64,000 nucleotides of DNA from Cyanophora paradoxa CCMP329. Taxonomy: Eukaryota > Plantae > Glaucophyta. The notes beneath the pieces were generated by a model, which was not told the origin of the DNA, made no database searches, and saw only the letters and a program-made list of their open reading frames with translations. Every line of letters starts with the position of its first letter. Within the stretch, counting starts at the first letter, position 1. This document shows, piece after piece, positions 1-10,641 of this stretch. Both the position numbers and the translations under genes were made by a program. The stretch lies in the NCBI GenBank assembly GCA_004431415.1, contig QPMI01000078.1, positions 124,001 to 188,000 on the forward strand, given 5' to 3'.

Positions 1-110
1 TTTTAATTTACAATCGGTCCACCGCTTATGTTTTCTGTCCCTGCCTTTCCATTCTCTCTCTCTCTCTCTTTCACTCTGCCTTTCCACGCTCACCGGTTGT
101 TTCTCCGCAG

Positions 111-2497
111 CGTGCGTGGGAGAACTATGAGGCGACCTTGCAGTCGGCCGATGGCCGGCAGATCCGGGATCTTTTCCAGGAGGCATTGCGGTCGGGCTTC
201 GCGGATCCACGTGTCGCAGGATTCAACCCGCTGCTGGGGGAGCACTTGGCTACTCTTTGGACCGTCTACAAGAAGGCCCCGCACTACCGCAAACTCCCCA
301 AAACCTTTTTCAAGGCGCGCCAAGTTGCTGGGCGTGCCCTCGCGAGGCTGAGGTCGCCTCCCGATCGCAGGCAATCCTGGACTGGACACGGGCGAACAAG
401 AATCCGCCGCCCGGCGTGCTGATCGCGGACGTGGTTGCGCCTTCGAAATTCTGAACTTGAACTCTCTCGTCGCCGATTAAAAATTATATTGCGGTTCACC
501 GCCCGGCAGATTCGCGCTCTCCGCACACGCGAGCGCGAGGAGCTGGAGGAGCAGAAGCTCACGCAGGAGCGGGAGGAGCGGGAGCGGGAGGAGGAGCGGA
601 AGCGGGCGGAGGAGGAGGCGCGGCAGCGAACGGAGGCGGAGCGAAAGCGGGTAGAGGAGGAGCAGAAGATTGAGAAATTGGAAGAGCAGAAGCGGGAGCG
701 AGAAGCAGCCAAGCGCGCCCGTTGCCGGTAAGAACCAAGCTGCAGGCAGAAATTGAATGCCTGGTGCGCTCTTAGATCTGAATCACGCACCACGATCGCC
801 AGCAAACTGGAGGAGCGCAAGCGGGAGCGGGAGGAGCGGCGGCGGGCGGAGGAGGAGCGCGAGCGGGCGCGGGAGGAGGCCGAGCGCGCCGAGCGCGCCG
901 CCCGCGACGCCGCCGACCGCGTGCGCACTTTTATGCCCGTGCGCCACCCGCCCTCTGGCATGCACTGAGCCGTGCGGCAGGAGGCGGTTCGGACGCACGT
1001 GGAGGCCTCGCAGTGGGCGCGAGCGTGCAAGCTCGTCGATGCCCTTCTCAAGGTTCGGCTGCTGCGAGCGTGGCACCCTCGAGTCGTTTAGTTTTGACGG
1101 ACGTGCAGCGGTCGCCCGACGACTTCGAGGCTCGCCTGCTCCGCATCCGTGCGCGCCTCGTCCTGCTCTCCAAGATCACCGGTCCCATATTATTTAAAGC
1201 TTGCTGCCACTGCGGCAGAATGCATGGCGGGGGCGGGCCAGCTGGAGGCGGCCGCGCAGGAGGCCGAGGCGGCGGAGCGCGGGCTCGCTGCTACCGAGCC
1301 GGCCGCGAGCTCGAGCGAGATCGCTGACGCCCTCCGCCGGTGCGCGCCGACCCCTTTCCGAGTGCGGTGGCAGGCCGCCGGGCTAACAGGCGGCTGCAGG
1401 CTCGAGGAGCTGCGGCGCCATGTCGCGGCGGAGCGGCGGCGGCGCGAAGAGGCGACGAGGAGGGCGAAGGAGGAGGCGGGGCGGCGGGCGCAGGAGGAGC
1501 GGCGCGAGCGCGAACGGCAGCTGCGGGAGGAGCAGGAGCGCACGGGGGCGCGCCGGCGGGAGGAGGCGCGGCGGCGGGAGCAGGAAGAGGAGCAGCGGCG
1601 AGAGGAGCAGCGGCGGGAGGAGGAGCGGCTCCAGGCGGCCGAGGCCGAGCGGCAGCGCGAGGAGGCGCGCCGGTGCGAGGAGGAGCGTCTGCAGGCGGAG
1701 CGGCGGGAGCGGGAGCGTCGGCTGAAGGAGCAGCGAGAGGCGCGCCGGCGCCAGCGGGGGGAGGAGCGCCGGCTGGCCTCGGAGCAGCAGCGGCGCGAGG
1801 AGGCGGAGCTGCAGCGGAACCAGCTGCAGGCAAAGCAGAAGCAGAACGGGAAGGGTGTCTGCCGGTGCGCGCGCGAGACGAGCTCGCCTCTTGCGCACTT
1901 TAATTTGCTTTTCTTTAATTTGACATCCCAAGTGCACCCTGCTTGGCAGGTACCAGCCCGCAGCGGCCCCCGAGGATGCCGAGTGCGCCATATGCTTCGA
2001 ACCCCTCTGTGCCGGCCCGCCCACCGCCGCCCTCTCCTGCCGCCGTGCGCCCTGCACTTTAATTCGCACTGGTCCCCTACTCGCCCGGCGCCGCTGACGC
2101 CTTTACAGACCGCTTCGAGTTCCACGGGAGGTGCATCAAGACGTGGCGGGCGGAGAAGCACGCCGCTGGGTGCCCCCTGTGCGGCGCCCCCTTCGCGGGG
2201 CCGTCCTCTTCCGCGGCCGCGGCCGCTGCCGTCGCGGGCGCTGCCTCGAGCTCCTCCACGCCGGCGCGGGCGGGGCGCGCGGCGGGTCCGGCGAGCCCCG
2301 CGGAGGGCCCCTCGGGCGCCTCGAGCTCGAGCTCGCCGCCGGCGCTGCAGCAGCCGGCCTCCCCCGCCACCCCCGAGGGGGCGGGCGGGGCGGGCCGCCC
2401 CGCCTTCCTCTCGTCGTCCTCGCCCGCCCCACCCCAGGCGCCGGCCCCGCGGCGGCCCACGCGACCCTACCAGCCCCCCGGCATCTCCTTCGCCTGA
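111..2497 (+). CDS. 3' part of a multi-exon TPR-like / E-R-rich coiled-coil / RING-H2 protein (paralogue 1; 5' end lies outside the window)
   Basis: Exons are colinear with the paralogue at 5350-9273 (e.g. FFK|AILDWTRANKNPPPG, AECMAGAGQLEAAAQEA). The spliced C-terminus is ECAICFEPL...LSCRHRFEFHGRCIKTW...GCPLCGAPF (RING-H2), with stop TGA at 2495-2497. GT-AG and GC-AG introns. Confidence 0.7.
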
Positions 2498-2610
2498 GCG
2501 AGCCGTCCCACTCGCTATGGTTATAGCCCACCACTGCCCCACCCGCACCGGCCAGTGCATGCGCACGAGGCCATGGGCCCCTCTTTGTCGAACTGTTGAA
2601 TTGTCGAACT

Positions 2611-2943
2611 GCGGCACCTCTGGTCGCCCCCCTAACTTAAGCCGGTTTTTTCCCTCAGCTCTATACATCTAGATCTCGACTTATTCCTTGATTACCCCTC
2701 CAAAATTCCCAACCTCATGCAGGCCTTCAATTCGCGATCCCCTCTTTCGCCTCAACCTCGATCTCCTCTAATTTTCGGCTTTCCACACTGCGCGCGGCAC
2801 CTCTGGGCGCTCCCCTAACTTAAGCCGGGTTTTCCCCTCGAGCTCTATACATCTAGATCTCGATTTATTCCTTGTTTCCCCCTCCAAAATTCCCAACCTC
2901 TCTCCCCTTTCGCCTCAACCTCGATCTCCTCAAATTTTCGCGG
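2611..2943. repeat. Two imperfect tandem copies of a ~150-180 bp intergenic unit
   Basis: gcggcacctctgg...taacttaagccgg...ctctatacatctagatctcga...ccctccaaaattcccaacctc...tttcgcctcaacctcgatctcctc occurs at ~2611-2779 and ~2794-2943. Confidence 0.85.
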
Positions 2944-3294
2944 TCCTCTCCTGATCACACCTCCCTCCTCTAATTGTCTCGGCGCAGCGATCAAATTCCG
3001 CGCCGGGGTAGAGTCGAATTGCTGAGCTCAGTATCGTGGGCGTCCCCGGCCCTCGGAAGGGGCGCTCGCGAGCAGCGGGCGCGATCCGCGCGGCTCTCTT
3101 CGTCCCGCGCTCGCGAAATCGATATCGGCGAGCCGGGAGAAGTTCGAGGTGCGAGTCCAAATTTCAAATTAAAGTTGACGCGCGCGCGCGGAATGATGGC
3201 GGCAATTCACACTGGGTGAGGTGCGCGCAGAAAGCGACATCACAGAGGCAAGGAGGCCGCGGCCGGAGCTGGCCGCTGTGAAAATACAGCGCGA

Positions 3295-6200
3295 ATGTCG
3301 GGAGCCAGCAGCTGCAGCGCGAAGCCCGTCAATTCAGCTGCATACGTATCCACAGAGGATGACATTCGCAATCGTGACAAGGATGAAATCCCGCCCGATC
3401 TGGAGGCACGCATTCTTGAAGCTGCACACGCATGCGTAGCTGCAGCTAGTGGAGAATCTGGAACAATCGATTCGGTCTCGGTTCGCGCCCGCCCGCTTGG
3501 TGGTGAAGAGACGTCGACCAGCTGCAGCCTGCATTTTAAATTTCATTTTCGCTTGCGACGCATGCCGGCTCGACTGCGCATGCCCCCGATGCTCGGCGCC
3601 GGCTTACATGAACTATGCGGTGCAGATTGGTGGCGAGGCGATGTCGATGTCGACAGCTGCTGCACCCGTAGATTTCCAGTCCGAGTCCGGCGTCGACGTC
3701 GCTCCCGTTATAATCAAGATTCCGGCGGTGCTCCACGACGTACTCAAGCTCGGGGACGATCACCGGGGCTACATCTCGTGCACCTGCGCGAGCTCGAGCT
3801 CGAGCTCGGGCTCGAGCATCTGTGGGGCGTGCAAGGAGCTCGTCCTCGCGATCGCTCTCCCGCGCGCCGAATTCGAAGTTGCCGCTGCGATCGCGTCCTC
3901 ACCAGTGGAGCTCCGCCAGTTCTCCGTCGAGGTCCAGGTATACGTATACGTAGCCGCGGGGTCTGAATCTGGCTCGCAATCGCCTCCTTAAAAATATTCC
4001 TCACGCTCTAGATCTGTCCACGTCTGCATCACATGATTTGCGTTTAATTTCGAATTCGCCGACAACCCCGCGCAGAAATTCCTGGATGCGCTAACGCAGG
4101 TAGCGGGGCCGAACTGTGCTCTGAGGGCTGCCTGCGCAATCCAGTTTGCTTTGTTCCTTCGCGTTCTTGGCGACTGCGATGCGGCTATCAAACTCTGGGA
4201 GGTGCTATGCTCCCGGCCGCGCCCGGCTCCAGTTTCTGCCCCACTGACACCTGAATCGCAGTCGGGGCTCAAAGTCTACGCGGGGGACGCGCTCCTGCGG
4301 GCGAACACTAAGCCCGGCGCCCTCGCCGACCACGCGGAGTTCCTCGGCGCACAGTATCGTCGAAACGCAGACCTCCCCAACGCCAAGCGGGCTCTCTTCG
4401 TGTGTTCTTAACCATCAAATGTTTCTGATAACTTTGCAATTGAGCTGCACTATTACTGTTAGTCCTAATAATATACTTATTTATCTTCGATCTTAGTGCA
4501 CGTGGTTTAACTTCTGCAATCGACCCTCATCGATATTGCAATTGGATGATCTGCAGACTAATCGAAATCCTGCTTCGCGCGCAGTGGGCGCTCTCGTTCC
4601 GGCGTGAGAGCCTGGGGCCCCTCCACGCGGCGACGACCGAGACGGAGTACATGCTAGGCGTATGCTCGCACGAGATGGAGGATTACGAGGGCGCCGAGGG
4701 TTACTTCAGGGCACGCCCGCGGCCGCCCGTCGCTGTACGTATACGCGCACGTTTGACCCCCGCCTGTGCCGTCAGTCCGCCTTCGCGCACGAGCGGGAGG
4801 CCGGATGCGAGGGCCGGATCGCAAAGCGCTGCTGCGACCTGTCCGTCGGCTTGTATCTCATGGACTTGGCCATTCGCCACTTCGAGGCGGGGCGCCTCCA
4901 GCGCGCCCTCGGCCTCCAGCAGGTGCTAACCTTAGCCTCGGCTCATGTACAAGCCGCGCCATCGGTCTGACAAGCCGCATGCTCCCCGCAGATGGCCGCG
5001 ACGATCGCGGAGCGCGTGTGCGACAAGTGCCTCGAGCGCGGCGACCTCGAAAATGCTCTGTCGGGCATCGCTGGCGTCAGAATCTCCGAGTTGTCGGGCA
5101 ATCGCCCGGCCGCCGAGGTGGCCTTGAAGGTGCCTCATCGCCCCTAGCATATCTGAAGTTTTTCCGGTCGCAATTTCAAACTCGCTTCACAGCGGCTCGC
5201 TTCGGAGAGCGAGCGGCGCTTGGGCCCAATGCAATCACGTGTAGGCCTTGCCCTTCTGCAACTCGCTCATTTCTACGTCTTTTCCGATCCGTCCGCGGCC
5301 GAAATTGCCAAGCCTCATGCCCGCGTCCGTCTTTTCCCCTCGCCGCGCCGCGCGCGATCGTGCCTCAAGATCTTGAGCTCATGCTTGTCGCGCTGCAGCG
5401 CGCGTGGGATATTCTCGAGGCGGCCTTGCACTCGAATCCCGCTCGACCGGACCTCGGGGAATATCTTGCCGCGCTCTGGATCGTCTTCGAGAAGGCCCCA
5501 CAACTCGACCCCGCCACAGCTTTCTTCAAGGCGTGTTCATAGATTAATTACTAAGTTATACTGTAATTAGTTTCGTTTCGGTGTTTTAGGTTTCCGTTGA
5601 TTGAAAGGGCGCCTCGCAGGCCGTACTGGAGTGGACGCGCGCGAACAGGCAGCCGCCACCTGGCGTGCCGATAGCCGACGTGGTTGCGCCCTCCCATCTG
5701 AATTTTTGTCGACGTCGGCGTGGACGACATCTCACCGCCCGGTCGACAGATCCGCGCCCTCCGCATGCGCACGCAGATACAGGATGAGCAGCCTACGCGG
5801 ACTCACAAGCAGGCGCTGGAGCTGGAAAAGCGAAAGTTAAAGCACGTGGAGGACACGCGGAAGCACCTGGAAGACGAGCTGAAGAGGATGGAGGAACAGC
5901 ACAAGCAAGCGGAGGACAAGCTCAGGCAGGACCTGAAGCATGCGATGGAGGGGCGCAAGCGGGCGGAGGAGGAGAGCAAGCGCCTGCAGGGGGAGCGCAG
6001 GCGACTGGAAGAGGCCGTGAAGCGCAACGCCCGTGACAACGCCGACCTCGTGCGCTCTTCGAAGTCTCGCCAAGCCAGCCAAGTGGTCATGAACCGCTGA
6101 TCATGAGCCGCGAGGCAGGAGGTGGCTCGCAAGCACGTGGGGGATTCGCAGTGGACCTGCGCCCGCCCGTTCCTCGACGCCGTGCTCAAGGTCCGACCCT

Positions 6201-9200
6201 CTGCTGACAGCGCCGGGGGCGCCGGCGCTGCTGTTGAATAAACCTTTTACGCCCTCGTGATCGAGCCATCTCTTACAGCTTTTACCACAGCGGTCACCCG
6301 GCAACCCCGCTGCATGCTTTCTCCGCATTCGTGCAACCCTCGCCCGCTTTCATAGTTATCGCTCACGCCCCTCGATCCTCGCTGACACAGCGGCAGAGTG
6401 CTTGTTGGGGGTGGGCGAGCTGGAGGCGGCCGTCCAGGAGGCTGACAGGGCCGAGCGCGAGCTCGCTGCCATATGCGAGGAGACGGCGCTTGATCTCGAT
6501 CGCGAAACAAGCGCGCGCTCCGACGCCTTCCGCCGGCGCCAGTGCGCCGGTGCGCGCGTTGGCCTCCCGCTGTTTCTGAAGCGGCGTCGTGCACCAGTGT
6601 GGAGGATACGGACTCGTTGCGTCTTTCTCTGGCGGAGGTGCGGCAGTTGGGGGAGGTGCTGCGGCAGGCCCAGGAGACGCAACGGAAGTTTGAAGAAGCG
6701 GAGAGCTGGCGGAAGGAGTGCCGGCAGGAGGCGCAACGGTCGCAGGATGAGCTGCAGCGGCTGCAGCAGCTGTGGCAGGAAGAGGAGAACAGGTGTGTGG
6801 AGAATTCGAAGGAGTGCGAGCGAGCGGAGGAAGAATTCGAACGCAAGCGACTGGAGGAGGAGAAGCAGAGGCTGGAGGAACTCGAAGGGGGTTGCGAGGG
6901 GGCGAAGCAGAACGTAGAGCGCCTGGAGGGGGAGCACAAGCTAGCAACGGAGAAGCTCAAGCTAGCCATGGACCTCGTGCGCCCTTTGGAACCCCGATCG
7001 GTATCCGCTCATCATGAATCGCGAGGCAGGAGCTGGCTTGCAAGCACGCGGATGACTCGCAGTGGTCCTGCGCCCGCCCCCTCATCGACGCCCTGCTCGA
7101 GGTCCGATCCGATCATGAAGCTCTGCTGATGGCGCTGCTGTTGAAGGCAGCTTTACGCCCTCGAGCCGTCGCTTACAGCTTTAATTGCAGCGGTCACCCG
7201 GCAACCCTGATGCTCGCCTGCTCCGCATCCGTGCGACCCTCGCCCGCGGCCGCTTTGTATAATTACAGTTTCCTGGCTTATAATTAAGCTTTCCGGTTCT
7301 CGCTGATCGTGACACCGCGGCAGAGTGCATGGCGGGGGCGGGCGAGCTGGAGGCGGCCGTCCAGGAGGCCGACAGGGCCGAGCGCGAGCTCGCTGCCATG
7401 TGCAAGAAAATGGAGCTCGATCGCGAGACAAGTGCGCACCCCAATGAATTCCCCCGGTGCGCGCCGGTGCACATGCTCGCGTTGTCCGCCGCTGGCTCTG
7501 AGGCGGCGGCAGTGTGGAGGACCCGGATCCCGAGGCGTGGCGCCTTTCTCTGGCGGAGGTGCGACGGATGGGGGAGACGCTGCGGCAGTCAACGTTGCAG
7601 GATCCGGAGGCGGAACGGCAGCCAGAAGAAGCGAAGCGTTGGCAGGAGGAGTGCCGGCAGGAGGCGCAACGGATGCGTGATGCGGCGGAGGAGCGGCGGT
7701 GGCGGCAGCAGCTGCGGCGGGAGGAGCTGCGGCGGCGCCGGCAGAAAGAGCGGCGCCAGGCGGCCGAGGCCGATCGCGAGCGGCAGCGCGAGGAGGCGCG
7801 CCGGCGGGAGGAGGCGGCGCAGAGCCAGGCGGCCGCGGCAGAACAGCAGCTCGAGGAGCAGCGGCGCCGGCGGGAGGAGGAGCAGCGGGAGGAGGAGCAG
7901 CGGGAGGAGGAGCGTCTGCAGGAGGAGCGGCGCCAGGCGGCCGAGGCCGAGCGGCAGCGCGAGGAGGCGCGTCGGCGGGAGGAGGCGCGTCGGCGGGAGG
8001 AGGAGCGTCTGCAGGAGGAGCAGCGCCAGGCGGCCGAGGCCGAGCGGCAGCGCGAGGAGGCGCGTCGGCGTGAGGAGGAGCGTCTGCAGGCGGAGCGGCG
8101 GCTGGAGGAGGAGCGAGAGGCGCGCCAGCGGGAGGAGGAGCTCCGGCTGGCCATGGCCGAGGGGCAACGCCTGCGCGAGGAGGCGGCGCGGCGCCAGGCG
8201 GCCGTCGCTGAGCAGCAGCTCGAGGAGCAGCGGCGGCGCGAGACGCTGCAGCGGACTCGGGAGGAGCAGCGGCGCCGCCAGGAGAAGCAGGGGCGGAAGC
8301 ACGGGGCGCAGGCCGTCCCGTGCTACTTCTTCGCGAAGGGCTCCTGCCGCGAAGGCGCCCGCTGCCGGTGCGCAGGACGCCATTTACTATGGCGAGGCCT
8401 TCATTTAGATTTTGGCCGGCCCGTCCACGTGCACCGAGCAATTTTCTTTGCGTTGCACGGCATGCGCAGGTTCCAGCACGCGTATGAGGCGATCGGTCGC
8501 AGCAGCGCTAGCCCCGTGGCGGCTTCCGAGAGCAAGGCGGCTGGGGCACGCGCAGCTGCCTCGGCCGCGGGGCGGCAGCTCCGGCAGCCCGCCTCTTGCC
8601 GATTGTTCGCGAGGGGCGCCTGCCGAGCCGGCGCGCGCTGCCGGTGCGATGGGCTCGACTCTTAAGCTTGCTTAATTTTCAAATTTTCTCACGCGGCGCG
8701 GCAGGTACCGGCACGAACTGGCCGGCCGCCCCGCAGCAGCGGCCCAGGCGCCGGCCGAGTGCGCCATCTGCCTCGAGCCCCTCGCCGCCGGCCCGCCCCC
8801 CGCCGCCCTCGCCTGCCGACGTGCGCCCCGCCCTTCCCCTCTAGATCTACCCCACTACCCCTGACGCCCCTCGCAGACCGCTCCGAGTTCCACGGCGCGT
8901 GCATCGAGGCGTGGCGGGCGGGACCGCTCGCCGACGGCTGCCCGCTGTACGGCGCCCCCTTCGCCGGGTCCTCGAGCTCCTCTTCTTCGGCAGCGGCCGC
9001 AGCCGCAGCCGCCGCGGCGGCCGCGCCCTCGACGCCGGCGCGGGCGCGGGGCGAGCGCGCGGCGGGTCCGGCGAGCCCCGCGGAGGGCCCTCGGGCGCCT
9101 CGAGCTCGAGCTCGCCGCCGGCGCTGCAGCCGGCCTCCCCCGCAACCCCCGAGGGCGCGGGAGGGGCAGGCGGCCCCGCCTCCGTTTTCGCGGCATCGCC

Positions 9201-9273
9201 CGCCCCACCCCAGGCGCCGGCCCCGCGGCGGCCCACGCGGCCCTACCAGCCCCCCGGCATCTCCTTCGCCTGA
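3295..9273 (+). CDS. Multi-exon protein: TPR-like N-terminal region, repeated TPR-like + coiled-coil modules, two CCCH zinc fingers, C-terminal RING (paralogue 2)
   Basis: Spliced CYFFAKGSCREGARCR|FQH and CRLFARGACRAGARCR|YRH (C-x7-C-x5-C-x3-H); ECAICLEPL..LACRHRSEFHGACIEAW..GCPLY; duplicated module AEC(L/M)xGxGELEAAVQEADRAERELAA at ~6395 and ~7322; stop at 9271-9273. The start codon is tentative. Confidence 0.65.
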
Positions 9274-10641
9274 GCGAGCCGCTCCGCTAGCTGTGGCTCT
9301 AATCCATTTCTGCCCTGCCAGCACCGCGGCCGGCCAGCTACAGTGGGCCACTCTAGATCTGCATGTGGCCAATGCATGTGCACGTGGCCATATGCATTGG
9401 GCCCACTGGCTATGCATCTAGCTCACTTATTCGGCAGCTGCAGGCGCCCCTCGCGGAACATCTAGCTATGCATCTTAACCAGCCAGCTTGAACCCTTGAA
9501 CCGCGGTCCTTTGAATGAAAATAAATAAAGGGCCACTGACTTGCCGCGCGCGTCAGTTGGGTCCGGGGAAGGGCATTTAGCCTCGGCGAATCCAAGATGT
9601 AGATGCAGAGGGCAGCTGCAGGGACTTAAGCTTAAGCTTAAGAAGGCGCGCGCGCGGTGGCCGGGCGAGCCGCCGGGCCGGCTCCGGCCGAGGCTGGCCA
9701 TGCCAGGCGAGCTCAGCGGCTGTCCTCGCGATCGAGGCGAGCTGTCCTCTTAGAGGTAGGCCTCATGATCAGGGCCTAGCGAGCTAGCTATAGCTATGTA
9801 AGGCGCGGGCCTTGGGAAGGGGCCGGGGAGGGAACCTTGTCTGGCCATGGACGTGCTCGAGCTAGCGCTCCTGCCAGGCTGCGCATGCCCCGCGGCCGTC
9901 GCGCGCGTGAGGCGTGGCGGGTGCACGAGTGCGCATGTGCTGCGGGTGCACGTGCGTCACGGCGTGGCTATATAGCTATATATAGCTAGGGGCTGGCCTA
10001 GGCCTCCGCGAGATCTGGGCGCGGGCGCGGGGACGCTGCTCAAGCTCACGTTCCGTTCAGAAAGCGGCGCAGCGGGCCAGCTCATGATCAGCGGCGCCGG
10101 CTGCAGCATGCGCAGGCATGCGCATCGCGCGCGCGCGGGTGGCATGTGCGGCCGGCTTGCGGCCGGCTTGTGCAACAAGCGAGTCCCTGCGGAGCAGGAG
10201 TGGCCTTGGGTCTTGGGGCTTCAAGGCGTGAGGGTGGCAGCTCTTTGTTTTTAAACGGGGGCCCGCAACCGCGCGCGGTTACGGGGGAGGGGGGAGGAGA
10301 AACAGGGGGTCCACTCGGCAAGGGTACACACTTAAGTAAAGGGGATACAGAGTTGTGCCGCAAGGGTACAGAGATCGATGCGGGGCCCAATCGGCTGCAG
10401 TTGTACGGCCGAGTACAGCCTGTACAGGCCCAGAGGGGTCCATTGCAAAATTGGTGAAGCAGGTACCCCGGAAAATTGCGTGTCGTCCTTCGGGCGCTCT
10501 CCCTGGGCCTCCAGGCAACGTCCGACGCGGCCGGGCCGCGTAACTAGTCATAAGGGCACTAGGGCTAGCGTCCCAGCAAGTTTGACAAGATGACCAAGGT
10601 TTGAAAATTCCACTCCCGCCCGCCCCGATCCCTCCCGGACA

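Noticed and set aside
10170-10439. Possible DNA transposon hosting both retroelements (continuing at 24092-24372 and 29829-30700)
   Set aside because: No matching terminal inverted repeats, TSD or Helitron ends found.
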